The translations under genes were made by a program, and so were the position numbers. A stretch of 64,000 nucleotides of DNA, from contig CP066685.1 in assembly GCA_016432345.1 (NCBI GenBank), positions 432,236 through 496,235 on the forward strand, given 5' to 3'. The notes under the pieces are model-generated. The model saw nothing but the letters and a program-made list of their open reading frames with translations. It did no database searches and was not told the origin of the DNA. This document shows, one piece after another, positions 1 through 9,557 of the stretch; position 1 is the first letter of the stretch, and each line of letters opens with the position of its first letter. The stretch is from Candidatus Levyibacteriota bacterium (GTDB lineage: Bacteria; Patescibacteriota; Microgenomatia; Levybacterales; UBA12049).

Positions 1-1
1 G

Positions 2-688
2 ATGGGTACATCAGGAAGTTATGCAGTTGGACTTCTTAACGCACTTCATCATCTCGACAAAAATGCGGTACCTGTTCATGTTCTTGCAGAAGAAGCCTGT
101 CATATCAATATGGCTATTCTTAAAGATCCTAGCGGCAAACAAGACGAGTACATTGCTTCATACGGAGGTATTATGTGTTTTGAGATTGATAAGCAAGGGA
201 AAGTAAAGGTGTATCCTCTTAAAATATCTTTTCAAACGGTTAATGATTTACAAAATAATATGCTTATGTTCTATACAGGAATTTCGCGAAGCGCAAATCA
301 AGTATTGGCAAAGCAAAAAGAAGGTATGGTTAGTAAAGACCAAAAGATAATAGAAAATTTGCAAAAAATTCAAGATATCGGATATGAAATAAAAGAAGCG
401 TTAGAAAAAGGCAATACGACATTGTTTGGTAGGTTGTTGGATAAACATTGGCGGGTAAAAAAAGAGCGAGAGGCAACAAGCACTCCACAAATCAATAAAT
501 GGTATGACATAGCAATTAAGAATGGGGCATTGGGAGGAAAAATTATGGGCGCTGGGGGCGGCGGATTTTTTGCATTTTACTGCGAAGATAAAAAAGATAA
601 ATTACGAGCAGCACTTAGAAAAGAAGGTCTTGATGAAGTCAGGTTTCATTTTGACTTCGAAGGTACAAAACTGCTTGTAAATGTCTAA
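2..688 (+). CDS. hddA: GHMP-family sugar kinase, D-glycero-D-manno-heptose-7-phosphate kinase-like; 5' end cut by the window edge
   Basis: Frame is open to position 2. It has GTSGSYAVGLLNALHHL (GHMP motif 2 region) and GAGGGGFFAF (motif 3). It is homologous along its length to the complete paralog at 18223-19230 and is followed by SIS isomerase and GmhB genes. Confidence 0.8.
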   Translation: MGTSGSYAVGLLNALHHLDKNAVPVHVLAEEACHINMAILKDPSGKQDEYIASYGGIMCFEIDKQGKVKVYPLKISFQTVNDLQNNMLMFYTGISRSANQVLAKQKEGMVSKDQKIIENLQKIQDIGYEIKEALEKGNTTLFGRLLDKHWRVKKEREATSTPQINKWYDIAIKNGALGGKIMGAGGGGFFAFYCEDKKDKLRAALRKEGLDEVRFHFDFEGTKLLVNV

Positions 689-691
689 GCA

Positions 692-1336
692 ATGAAAAAA
701 CCTCTTACTCATAAAGTGTTTATAAAACAGTACTTTGACGAATCAAAGAAAATTATGCAGAAAATCCCTATTAGAGATGTAGATAAAATTATAAGTATTC
801 TTTTTGAAGCGTGGCAACAGGAGTCAACGATATTCGTTATGGGAAACGGAGGTTCTGCTTCAACTGCTTCTCATTTTGCAGCCGATCTAACAAAATATAC
901 AGTCATGGGAGCTTCCTACGAACAGAAAAAAAAGAGATTTAAAGTAATGTGTTTAAACGACAATATCGTACTCAATAGTGCCTGGACCAACGATTTTGGA
1001 TTTGATATTATTTTTTCCGAGCAAATGGAGCCCTGGATCAAAAATAATGATGTTGTATTTGCGTTTTCTGTCCATGGAGGCGCAGAAAGAGTAGAAGGAG
1101 GAGTCTGGTCGCAAAACATACCAAAAGCATTCGAGTTAGCAAAAGAAAGAGGAGCAAAACTTGTTGGTTTATCTGGAGATACGGGGGGAGTTATGAAGCA
1201 AATGGCAGATGCTTGTGTGGTTGTACCAACAGTAAATAAAGATCATATTACAGTTCATGTAGAAGGTTTTCATGTTGTTATTCATCATCTTATCATACAT
1301 AGACTAAAGCAACTGATTCAATCGTGGGGTAAATAA
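692..1336 (+). CDS. SIS-domain sugar-phosphate isomerase, divergent GmhA-like
   Basis: VMGNGGSASTASHFAADL is the SIS phosphosugar-binding motif. It sits between the heptose kinase and phosphatase genes. At 214 aa it is longer and more divergent than the canonical GmhA at 17617. Confidence 0.7.
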   Translation: MKKPLTHKVFIKQYFDESKKIMQKIPIRDVDKIISILFEAWQQESTIFVMGNGGSASTASHFAADLTKYTVMGASYEQKKKRFKVMCLNDNIVLNSAWTNDFGFDIIFSEQMEPWIKNNDVVFAFSVHGGAERVEGGVWSQNIPKAFELAKERGAKLVGLSGDTGGVMKQMADACVVVPTVNKDHITVHVEGFHVVIHHLIIHRLKQLIQSWGK

Positions 1337-1340
1337 AAAA

Positions 1341-1940
1341 ATGCGTCATAAAAATAAAGCAATTTTTCTGGATAGAGATGGTATTGTTATCAAAATGCAT
1401 TATGACAGAAACTTTGGGATTATTGATACCCCGATTTCCGTAAAACAAATTGAATTTGTACCAGGAATATTTGAATTTTTGCGCGCGGCCAAAAGATTTG
1501 GATTTCTTCTTGTTCTTATATCGAATCAACCCGCAGTAGGAATAAAAAAAATAAGCCTCCAAACACATAAAGAAATGAAAACCTATATTACCAAAACCTT
1601 GCAAAGTCATGGGATTACACTTGATGGAGAATACTACTGCTTGCATCATTCATATGCGAGTATATCCAAATACAAAAAAGATTGTGTATGTCGCAAACCG
1701 AAAACAGGTTTTTTCATGCAAGCAGTTAAAGATTATGATATAGACTTAAAGCAGTCATGGATGATTGGAGATGGGGTATACGATATTATTGCTGGACACA
1801 ATGTTGGATGTAAAACCATACTGGTCGGAAATATAATTGAGGCAGAGTATTTGGATATACTAGAAAAAAAATTGGAAGGTATAAAACCAGACTATCTCGT
1901 AAAATATATAAGTGAAGTGAAAAATCTCATAGAGAAGTAA
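1341..1940 (+). CDS. gmhB: D,D-heptose 1,7-bisphosphate phosphatase (HAD-IIIA)
   Basis: AIFLDRDGIV (DxD nucleophile), LISNQPAVG, the C-x-H...CVCRKPKTG zinc motif and GDGVYDIIAG. It is a paralog of 27099-27665. Confidence 0.8.
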   Translation: MRHKNKAIFLDRDGIVIKMHYDRNFGIIDTPISVKQIEFVPGIFEFLRAAKRFGFLLVLISNQPAVGIKKISLQTHKEMKTYITKTLQSHGITLDGEYYCLHHSYASISKYKKDCVCRKPKTGFFMQAVKDYDIDLKQSWMIGDGVYDIIAGHNVGCKTILVGNIIEAEYLDILEKKLEGIKPDYLVKYISEVKNLIEK

Positions 1941-1941
1941 T

Positions 1942-2607
1942 ATGGCGAGGCAAATATTTATTGATACTGCGAATATTGAAGATATTAAGTTTTGGAAAGA
2001 AAGAGGTATTTGTGATGGTATCACGACAAACCAAAAACTGTTTTTAACAGAAAAAGGTGTAGACTTCAAGAGAACAATTCAACAAATGTGCAATTTTACA
2101 AAAGTTCCTGTTTCTGTGGAGCTCACAGGACACGAATCAATTGAGAAAATGATAAAAGAAGCAAAAATGTATGCTGCTTGGAATAAATATATAGTTATAA
2201 AAGTCCCGATGACACCAGATGGGATGGGACTGACAGTACTGCGAAAATTAAAAAAACTTGGTATCAAAACAAATGCTACGCTTATGATGTCTTTTGAGCA
2301 AATGGTTCTAGCAATTATTTCAGGCGCTACGTATGCGAGCATTTTTTATAATCGGTCAAAAGATGCCGGTTATGATCCTGATGAGATAATTAAGAGAACA
2401 CGGGTCTTTATCGATGTAGGATCTTATAAAAGTCAAATTATCACAGGTTCAATTCGTGATATCAGGGATGTTGGCAACGCGTTTGCAGCGGGAAGTGATA
2501 TCGTCACAACACCACCCAAAATTTTAGACTTAATGCTTAAAGAAGAAATGACTATAAAAACTATGGAAGAATTTGACGCAGCATGGGAAGTATTCAAAAA
2601 GAACTAA
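1942..2607 (+). CDS. Short-type transaldolase / fructose-6-phosphate aldolase family
   Basis: 221 aa. IFIDTANIEDIKFWKERGICDGITTNQKL, the Schiff-base Lys context VIKVPMTPDGM, and NATLMMSFEQ...YASIFYNRSKD are typical of the TalC/FSA subfamily. Confidence 0.75.
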   Translation: MARQIFIDTANIEDIKFWKERGICDGITTNQKLFLTEKGVDFKRTIQQMCNFTKVPVSVELTGHESIEKMIKEAKMYAAWNKYIVIKVPMTPDGMGLTVLRKLKKLGIKTNATLMMSFEQMVLAIISGATYASIFYNRSKDAGYDPDEIIKRTRVFIDVGSYKSQIITGSIRDIRDVGNAFAAGSDIVTTPPKILDLMLKEEMTIKTMEEFDAAWEVFKKN

Positions 2608-2635
2608 AGGTCTCACTAATTCCTTTATATATTAT

Positions 2636-3460
2636 ATGAAGAACTCTTTGCTTATTAATGCAATCTTGCAAAAAGAAATTGACCCAGCATTTAGAAGACG
2701 AGCGGAGGTAGTGATTAAAAATCTGTCTCTTAAAAATGGCGATAAAATTCTAGAAGTAGGCTGCGGAAGAGGATTTTACGGACATATTATCGGGACATTT
2801 TTCCCTAAAATTTCTTACATCGGGATTGATATAAATGAAAAGCATTTGAGAATAGCAAAAGTTTTTGCCCAAGCGCCAAACGTAAATTTTCGAAAAGTCG
2901 ATGCAACAAAACTTCCTTTTGATGATAAAGTTTTTGATAAAATTATTTGCACAGAGGTCCTTGAACATATCAAAAATGACAGATTAGCTATTTCCGAATT
3001 ATACAGGGTAATAAAACCTCATGGGGCAGCAATAATTACTGTCCCCAATAAAAATTACCCATTTTTTTGGGATCCTATCAATTGGGTTCTTGAGCGGTTT
3101 TTTCATACTCATATTCCTTCTCATGTTTTATGGTTTGCTGGTATTTGGGCTTATCATGTAAGATTGTACGGCGAAGACGAACTGTTAGAAAAAATTAAGA
3201 AGCAGGGATTTAAGGTAAGCAGTATTACAAGAACAACACATTTTTGTTTCCCTTTTGCACATTTTCTTCTCGGAATTGGGAAGATTATTGTGGAAAAGGG
3301 TTTTTTTACTTCTTTTGATAGATTCGCCCCCTCAGGCAAGAATTCATTTCTACTTAAATTAGTTTTGAAAATGTTCTATTTGTTTGATAAATATAACGAC
3401 ATGAAAACTCTAAAAAAAGGCAGTTCTTTCGTCAATATAATTATAAAGGTGAAGGCGTGA
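2636..3460 (+). CDS. Class I SAM-dependent methyltransferase
   Basis: ILEVGCGRGFYG (SAM motif I) and DKIICTEVLEHI. I chose the ATG at 2636 because the longer ORF from 2573 would overlap the transaldolase gene by 35 nt. Confidence 0.75.
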   Translation: MKNSLLINAILQKEIDPAFRRRAEVVIKNLSLKNGDKILEVGCGRGFYGHIIGTFFPKISYIGIDINEKHLRIAKVFAQAPNVNFRKVDATKLPFDDKVFDKIICTEVLEHIKNDRLAISELYRVIKPHGAAIITVPNKNYPFFWDPINWVLERFFHTHIPSHVLWFAGIWAYHVRLYGEDELLEKIKKQGFKVSSITRTTHFCFPFAHFLLGIGKIIVEKGFFTSFDRFAPSGKNSFLLKLVLKMFYLFDKYNDMKTLKKGSSFVNIIIKVKA

Positions 3461-3464
3461 AATT

Positions 3465-4466
3465 TTAATAGTTTTGGACTGCGAATTCAGTAATCCTTTT
3501 CAGGCCTTGTGTAAGACTTACCCTCGGGTCCCAATGAAGTAGTTTTTTGGCTTTTTTGATAGAAGCCAATGTATATCTATGAACTTCATCTTCTACGAAG
3601 TTTTTTTGCAGAGGAAATTTTCCTTTAAAAAGGTTTGGGTATGTATCCCATAAAAGTGAAGGTTTTCTAAAAATTGGTTTTATTTTCTCTTTACCTAAAT
3701 ATGCTGCAACTTGCTTGTAAATTTCGTTTATTGAAGAGGCTTTTCCCGATCCAACGTTGAACGTTTGATTTTTTGCATTTGTATTTGTGATTGCTATTTC
3801 ACATACTTGCAAGACGTCATCAATATAAATCATATCTCTTGATTGATTTCCGTCTGAATGTAAAACTGGAACACGATCTCTAAGGAGACACGTAAGTATA
3901 TAGCTGATAAAAGGAGGATTGGGGCGGCGAAAATCCATATGAGGCCCATACACATTAAAGAATCGGAATATTACTATATCCATTTTGTAAAGTTCTTGAT
4001 AGGCGTGACAAATTTCCTCTGCAGATTTCTTTGATAGACTATATGCTAATGTTGGGTTTACCTGCATATCTTCTGTTAAGGGGAAAGATTTTTCATTTTC
4101 ATATACCGCAGAGCTCGAAGAAAAAATTACCCGTCTTATACTGCATTTGCGGGCGATCTCTAAAACATTGGCTGTTCCTATGACATTTACGCTAAAGGTT
4201 TCTAACGGATCGCTTTGACAAGCTGGTAAAGAATTCATTCCGGCAAAATGAAAAATGATATCTACATTTTTGATAACTTTTTCAATTTTTCTATCCCTCA
4301 CATCCATTTGTATAAATTGAAGGTTCAAATTATTTCTATTTGTCAGATTTTCCAGATAACCAAAACGCAAATTATCCAGTACAACAACCTGATGCTTTTT
4401 CCCAAGTAAATAAGCAGCCAAGTTTGAACCGATAAATCCTGCTCCGCCGGTGATTAGAATTTTCAT
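3465..4466 (-). CDS. NAD-dependent nucleotide-sugar epimerase/dehydratase (extended SDR)
   Basis: MKILITGGAGFIGSNL Rossmann motif, a SSSAVYE catalytic Ser region and YSLSK (YxxxK). Confidence 0.8.
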   Translation of the reverse strand: MKILITGGAGFIGSNLAAYLLGKKHQVVVLDNLRFGYLENLTNRNNLNLQFIQMDVRDRKIEKVIKNVDIIFHFAGMNSLPACQSDPLETFSVNVIGTANVLEIARKCSIRRVIFSSSSAVYENEKSFPLTEDMQVNPTLAYSLSKKSAEEICHAYQELYKMDIVIFRFFNVYGPHMDFRRPNPPFISYILTCLLRDRVPVLHSDGNQSRDMIYIDDVLQVCEIAITNTNAKNQTFNVGSGKASSINEIYKQVAAYLGKEKIKPIFRKPSLLWDTYPNLFKGKFPLQKNFVEDEVHRYTLASIKKAKKLLHWDPRVSLTQGLKRITEFAVQNY

Positions 4467-4470
4467 CTAA

Positions 4471-5190
4471 TTATCCTTTCTTGTCCTTTTTGTTACGTGA
4501 GAATGAAATAATAGATCGGCCAAGAGTTGGAAAAATTTTAGCTGGCGCGTCAAATAGGAAAAAACCAGGTAAGGTAATGGTATCGGAAAATGCTGTAATT
4601 TGTTCAAATTTATGGAGTTGGAGAAGCTCTTTTAGCGTTTCAAAAGTAAAATATCGGATATGACCTGCAGCATTTTTGGGCAAACTGAATGATTGCTCCA
4701 TAAATGCGCCTTTTCCAAATAAGTAATAAAGTCTTCTTCCAAAAGAAACAAAATTAGGTGTAGTAATGATTAGTGTCCCATCTGGTTTTAAAATTCGTTT
4801 AATTTCACGCAGAAAGAAATCCGTATCATACAAATGCTCAATTATTTCTCCTGCGAATACATAGTCAAAGAAATTTGATTCAAAATCTATGCCTTTTTCT
4901 ATATCGCAAATTTTTGCGATTATTCCCTTTTGACGAGCAAGAACAATAGTTTTTTTTGCGATATCTATGCCATAGGCCTCACAGTTTCTTAGACAATCTT
5001 TTAAAAGGGAAGCAAGGTATCCATCATAGCAACCAATATCCAAAAGTTTCACAGAATCTTTCGCATTCGAATTACGTTTAACAAGGAAAGATAGGATTGC
5101 TTTTAATCGAGGATCGTTCTCGTAATTTATAGTCCGATTGGCAACGGGATCATAACGTTTTTTAAGAAATTCTTGACGATTTTTATACAT
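4471..5190 (-). CDS. Class I SAM-dependent methyltransferase
   Basis: LLDIGCYDGYLASLL motif I and DYVFAGEIIEHL. I chose the ATG at 5190 (MYKNRQEF) because a TTGCGC-N17-TATACT promoter lies 8 nt upstream. The ORF-track start at 5241 is a TTG inside that promoter region. Confidence 0.7.
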   Translation of the reverse strand: MYKNRQEFLKKRYDPVANRTINYENDPRLKAILSFLVKRNSNAKDSVKLLDIGCYDGYLASLLKDCLRNCEAYGIDIAKKTIVLARQKGIIAKICDIEKGIDFESNFFDYVFAGEIIEHLYDTDFFLREIKRILKPDGTLIITTPNFVSFGRRLYYLFGKGAFMEQSFSLPKNAAGHIRYFTFETLKELLQLHKFEQITAFSDTITLPGFFLFDAPAKIFPTLGRSIISFSRNKKDKKG

Positions 5191-5198
5191 AGTTAGAA

Positions 5199-5227
5199 AG
5201 TATACCATGTATTTTCTAAGCGCGCAA
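5199..5227 (-). promoter_or_regulatory. Sigma70-type promoter TTGCGC-N17-TATACT, ATG (5190) 8 nt downstream
   Basis: Read on the minus strand: -35 at 5227-5222, -10 at 5204-5199, exact 17-nt spacer. It is back-to-back with the plus-strand promoter at 5231. Confidence 0.5.
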
Positions 5228-5230
5228 AAA

Positions 5231-5259
5231 TTGTATGCCAAAGCAGAGAAGTGTATAAT
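5231..5259 (+). promoter_or_regulatory. Sigma70-type promoter TTGTAT-N17-TATAAT for the GT2 gene at 5280
   Basis: -35 at 5231-5236, -10 at 5254-5259 preceded by GTG, 17-nt spacer. The ATG is 20 nt downstream with no obvious SD. Confidence 0.5.
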
Positions 5260-5279
5260 AGCATCTTACATAAACTATT

Positions 5280-6353
5280 ATGTTGAAGAGACCATTTTTT
5301 TCCATCGTCATTCCTACATATAATAGGGCTGTGGATTTACAATTTGCGCTTTACTGTATTTTTCAACAAACATTTGCTGATTTTGAAGTAGTTATTTCTG
5401 ATAATTGTTCCAGTGATAATACAAAATCTGTTGTACAAAATATAAAAGATAAACGAGTGCGTTATTTTAGATTAAAAAAAACAGTAGGAAACGCGATCAA
5501 TTTTAAAAATGGGATAAAACGGGCAAAAGGAAAATATGTTTTTCTCCATAGCGATGATGATTTTATCCTATACCAGAGGTCTCTTGGAGAAATTTACAGC
5601 CAGATTATTAGACTGCGTCCGGGATATATTCGTATTAATTATGTCAGTTTATCTTTGGATAAGAAGCGGATTTTTTATTATCGGCTTGTTAAGAGGTTTA
5701 CCAAGAAGAATGAGTATTTTTCCCCATCTGTTGAAAATGAAAAAATATTAACATTTATTCTTAATTCTGATCCTTATTTTATTTCAGGGATAATTTTCAA
5801 AAATGAATTTAGTAAAGGCATTAAAATAATTGATTCAGATCCATTGCCTTGTATAGAGATTCTGTTTGATGTAATCAGAAATTTTGGTGGATATTATATT
5901 GCAAAGCCTTATATAGCAGCATCTTGGTCTAGGAGGGAGATTAAAAAAAACGAACCACATCACTTTTATGTTTTAATTGATGGAAAATTACGATTTGAAC
6001 AGTATCTTGAAGTAGTTAAACGAAATGTCAATAAAGAAACGTATGCTAAATTTTTGCATCGTGAATTAATGAATCATTATGTTTTGCTCTTTCCGGCAAT
6101 GAAAGTTCTGGCGGGAAATAAAAAAACATTACAAATTTCCTTGAGAATTTGCCAACTTGATCCAGCTGTGAAAAAGAATGTTGTTTTTTGGATAAGTTTA
6201 GGGATAGCATTTCTATTGCCTGGTTGTATTCTTAAAGTTCTCCGAGACACATTTTTAAGTCTATTTGCAAGATATTCCAAAGTAGAAGGCGGCGATGAAA
6301 TTTATGCCACAATAAGGAATTTACAATTGGGATGCGAAGGACGAAAACATTAG
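5280..6353 (+). CDS. GT2-family glycosyltransferase
   Basis: FSIVIPTYNRAVDL, VVISDNCSSDNT and the FLHSDDD (DxD) GT-A signature. Confidence 0.75.
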   Translation: MLKRPFFSIVIPTYNRAVDLQFALYCIFQQTFADFEVVISDNCSSDNTKSVVQNIKDKRVRYFRLKKTVGNAINFKNGIKRAKGKYVFLHSDDDFILYQRSLGEIYSQIIRLRPGYIRINYVSLSLDKKRIFYYRLVKRFTKKNEYFSPSVENEKILTFILNSDPYFISGIIFKNEFSKGIKIIDSDPLPCIEILFDVIRNFGGYYIAKPYIAASWSRREIKKNEPHHFYVLIDGKLRFEQYLEVVKRNVNKETYAKFLHRELMNHYVLLFPAMKVLAGNKKTLQISLRICQLDPAVKKNVVFWISLGIAFLLPGCILKVLRDTFLSLFARYSKVEGGDEIYATIRNLQLGCEGRKH

Positions 6354-7355
6354 CCTCTTTTTAATCCATAAAATTTCCGACCATCCATAACCAAAAAGCA
6401 TTGCCAGACAAATAACAGGATGCAAAAACCATGCTAAGTCTCGTATCTTTATGAAGCCTCGCACCGCTTCAAAAATTGGAATGATAATGGTTATCGAAAA
6501 GAAGATGAATTTCATAACATTAAAGATATCTTTTTTTGACCTCCAACTAAAAACGTAATATATCCTTTTGTAACGTTGATGGTCATAATATACTTTCTTG
6601 AGCCATAACTTTCCTTTTACCATACCTAAGATATTGGGATTAGCTATATGAATTATGCCATTTTTCACAACCCCAAATGTATCGTACCCAAGGTCGAGTA
6701 GCTTTGCAAATGCATCAGGATGCGCATACACCTCTGGATCAATATTTACTTTTTCCATAGCGCTTCTCAAAAACAAACTTCCGTTATCTCCCAAGACAGG
6801 TAAATTTTCTCTTTTGAAACGAACAACAAAATAATTTTTCGTTTCTCCTAATATCTCCCCCTTATCATAATGCTTATCAACTATTGAAATCTTCTCATTT
6901 TTCTTTAAGAAATATACTGTTGGTTCAGGAGTTCCAAATAATGCAGAGTATCTTGTTGTTGCCGGTAGACTTTTATTGTAACCATAATAAGCACTATACG
7001 TGCAAAATATTCGTTTGTCCGCCAGAAAGGGTTGAATCATTTCCATCAACCAATTACGAGAGCTAAGAATATTATCTGCTTCAAGTATGAGGATAAGGTC
7101 GTTTTTCGCCTTTTTTATTCCTATTGCCATACGCTCTTGAGCTTCTTCCAACAGATCTTTTCGTATAAAAACTTTACATCCATATTTTTTTGCTAGTTCC
7201 ATAGATCCATTTGTTGAACCTCCATCCATAACGATATGCTCAATTAATTTTTTGGGATAGTGCTGATTTTCAATGGAAGATAGCCCCTTACGAAAAAAAA
7301 TTAAATCGCTATTAAATAGACATGTGACGATTGAAATTGTTGGTAAACTCTTCAT
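6321..7355 (-). CDS. GT2-family glycosyltransferase with C-terminal membrane helices
   Basis: ISIVTCLFNS, HIVMDGGSTNGS and LILEADN. The hydrophobic C-terminus reads FIFFSITIIIPIF and LHPVICLAMLFGYGW. It is the last gene of the minus-strand operon. Confidence 0.7.
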   Translation of the reverse strand: MKSLPTISIVTCLFNSDLIFFRKGLSSIENQHYPKKLIEHIVMDGGSTNGSMELAKKYGCKVFIRKDLLEEAQERMAIGIKKAKNDLILILEADNILSSRNWLMEMIQPFLADKRIFCTYSAYYGYNKSLPATTRYSALFGTPEPTVYFLKKNEKISIVDKHYDKGEILGETKNYFVVRFKRENLPVLGDNGSLFLRSAMEKVNIDPEVYAHPDAFAKLLDLGYDTFGVVKNGIIHIANPNILGMVKGKLWLKKVYYDHQRYKRIYYVFSWRSKKDIFNVMKFIFFSITIIIPIFEAVRGFIKIRDLAWFLHPVICLAMLFGYGWSEILWIKKRLMFSSFASQL

Positions 7356-8656
7356 AATTTTTGAAAAAATTCATCAAAAGATGAAGTCACATATTTAAGC
7401 ATTGTGTCAGAAATACTAGGGTACACTCCAACCCAAAAGCCATTATCCATTATTTTATCGGAATTAGTAAGACTTCCAACGATTTTATGTTTTATTGTCT
7501 TATACGCAGGATGACGAAGAAGATTTCCGGCGAATAAACTCCGGGTCGCTATTTTTTTGGATTCCAGAAAATTTACCAGGTCCAATCTAGTAAAGGCGGA
7601 ACCATCTTTTATAACCATCATAAATCCAAACCAGCATGGATCTGCCTCGTCTTCCCATTTTGGCAAAATCAGAAACTTTTCGTATTTTTTAAGATGTTTA
7701 TAAAGTTTTTGAAAGTTAGATTTACGCATCGCTATAAAATTATGTAATTTATCAAGCTGAGCTAGTCCAATCGCAGCCTGCATGTCGGTAAGTTTTAGAT
7801 TATATCCAATTTGTGAGTAAATATATTTATGATCATACCCAAAGGGAAGATCTCCCATTTTCCAGCCAAATCTTTTTCCACATGTATTATCTTTTCCCGT
7901 ATCGCACCAGCAGTCTCTTCCCCAGTCACGAAACTGACGAATATATCGGTGCAGCAATGGATTATTTGTTATTATGGCGCCTCCCTCTCCCATGGTAATT
8001 TGGTGGGCCGGATAAAAGCTAAACGTTGCGATATCCCCGAAAGTACCCACGTATTTGCCGTTATATGTTGAACCGAGCGCATCACAGCAATCTTCGATTA
8101 CCCAAAGATTGTGTTTTCTTGCAAGAGAAATAATTTCTGATAAAGCAAAAGGATTTCCCAGCGTATGGGCAATCATAATTGCTTTTGTTTTTTTTGTTAT
8201 TGCTTTTTTAATTAGTGATGGAATCACATTTCTTGTTGCCAGATCCACATCAAGAAAAACCGGAACGCAGCCTTTTAAAATAATAGGATTGACAGTTGTA
8301 GGAAAACCTGTTGCTGTTGTAATTATTTCGTCTCCAGGCTTTAATGCTTTTTTACCAAACACTTCTGAAGTTAACGCTGAAAAAGCAACAAGATTTGCCG
8401 ATGATCCTGAATTGACCAGAGAGACGTATCGAATGTTTAAATGTGCCGCAAATTTTCTTTCAAATTTTTGGGCAAATTTCCCTTCAGTCCACCAACCATC
8501 AAGTACAGCCTGCGTACCCATAAGCAACTCGTTATCATCAAAGACTTTTCCGGATACAGGAATGGGCGACTCTCCCGGTACAAACTTTTTTTTGGGAAAG
8601 TTTTCTTTGTAATATGCTTGTATGAACTTTACTAAATCAGTTTTCATAAGTAGCAT
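7352..8656 (-). CDS. rfbH: CDP-4-keto-6-deoxy-D-glucose-3-dehydrase (E1; PMP and [2Fe-2S] dependent)
   Basis: 434 aa, DegT/EryC1 fold (VNSGSSANLVAFSAL). His replaces the PLP-Lys in FSFYPAHQITMGEGG. The cysteine spacing is exactly C-X57-C-X1-C-X7-C (EDCC...RDCWCDTGKDNTCGKRF). It is encoded in the same operon as rfbF and rfbG. Confidence 0.9.
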   Translation of the reverse strand: MLLMKTDLVKFIQAYYKENFPKKKFVPGESPIPVSGKVFDDNELLMGTQAVLDGWWTEGKFAQKFERKFAAHLNIRYVSLVNSGSSANLVAFSALTSEVFGKKALKPGDEIITTATGFPTTVNPIILKGCVPVFLDVDLATRNVIPSLIKKAITKKTKAIMIAHTLGNPFALSEIISLARKHNLWVIEDCCDALGSTYNGKYVGTFGDIATFSFYPAHQITMGEGGAIITNNPLLHRYIRQFRDWGRDCWCDTGKDNTCGKRFGWKMGDLPFGYDHKYIYSQIGYNLKLTDMQAAIGLAQLDKLHNFIAMRKSNFQKLYKHLKKYEKFLILPKWEDEADPCWFGFMMVIKDGSAFTRLDLVNFLESKKIATRSLFAGNLLRHPAYKTIKHKIVGSLTNSDKIMDNGFWVGVYPSISDTMLKYVTSSFDEFFQKL

Positions 8657-9557
8657 GTATTGTTTTTACAATCTGCTCCAAAGATAATTCGTTTGCTTTC
8701 CGCATATATTCTTGACTCCCTATTACTTTTGTAAATTGGTCAGGAACACCAATTCTTTTAAATCTTACGGGGCTGCCGGCCTCCGCCAATACTTCTGCGA
8801 CTGCACTTCCTAATCCACCGATTATACTATGTTCTTCGATAGTAAATATTGCCTTTGTTTTTTTTGCTGACTTAAGAATAATATCTTTATCTAAAGGCTT
8901 AATACTTGGCATACTGATAAGTCGTACTGAATAATTTTCTTTTTCAAGCTCGCTGGCTGCCTGAAATGCTCTATAAAGTAATGTGGAACAGCTTATTACT
9001 GTTATTGTAGTCCCATCTTTAATTATGATTCCTTTACCAATGGTAAAATCTATTGGTTTTTTATGTACATTCGGTTCACCAGCTTTGCCAAGTCTAAGAT
9101 ACACAGGGCCAATATGTCGAAGCATAGCTTTCGTTGCTAAATCAGTTTCAATAGGATCTCCAGGGGCAAAGATAACTAAACCGGGAAGAGTCCGTAAAAT
9201 TCCTATGTCTTCAAGACCATGATGTGTATGTCCATATGGTCCATACGAAAAACCAGCTCCTACGCCCACAATTTTCACATTGAGGTTTTGGTAGCAAATA
9301 TCGTTTCGAATTTGCTCGAAATTACGCATTGTGGTAAAAGGAGCAATCGAATATATAATGGGCATTTTGTCTTCTATTGCCATTCCGGCCGCTACTCCTG
9401 CCATATTTTGTTCTGCAACACCCATGTTAAGATACTGATCAGGGAAAGCCTCAATATATTTTTCAAAGACTGAAAATCCTAAATCTCCAGTTAAAAGAAA
9501 AATACTTTTATCTTTTTTGGCAAACTCAAATAATCTATGAACAAATGTTATTCTCAT
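8637..9557 (-). CDS. Split transketolase, C-terminal (pyrimidine-binding plus C-terminal domain) subunit
   Basis: LTGDLGFSVFEKYIEAFPDQYLNMGVAEQNMAGVAAGMA. At 306 aa it sits directly downstream of the N-terminal subunit gene with a 4-nt overlap. Confidence 0.85.
   Translation of the reverse strand: MRITFVHRLFEFAKKDKSIFLLTGDLGFSVFEKYIEAFPDQYLNMGVAEQNMAGVAAGMAIEDKMPIIYSIAPFTTMRNFEQIRNDICYQNLNVKIVGVGAGFSYGPYGHTHHGLEDIGILRTLPGLVIFAPGDPIETDLATKAMLRHIGPVYLRLGKAGEPNVHKKPIDFTIGKGIIIKDGTTITVISCSTLLYRAFQAASELEKENYSVRLISMPSIKPLDKDIILKSAKKTKAIFTIEEHSIIGGLGSAVAEVLAEAGSPVRFKRIGVPDQFTKVIGSQEYMRKANELSLEQIVKTIHATYEN

Noticed and set aside
5191-5241. Upstream start (TTG at 5241, or ATG at 5208) for the methyltransferase at 4471
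   Set aside because: These codons fall on or upstream of the predicted TTGCGC-N17-TATACT promoter, and the ATG at 5190 sits 8 nt after the -10. The choice remains unverified.
8055-8612. 185-aa ORF on the plus strand inside the rfbH region
   Set aside because: It lies entirely antisense to a CDS with very strong motif support (the Fe-S spacing and DegT fold). It has no recognisable motif and a low-complexity composition, so it is a shadow ORF.
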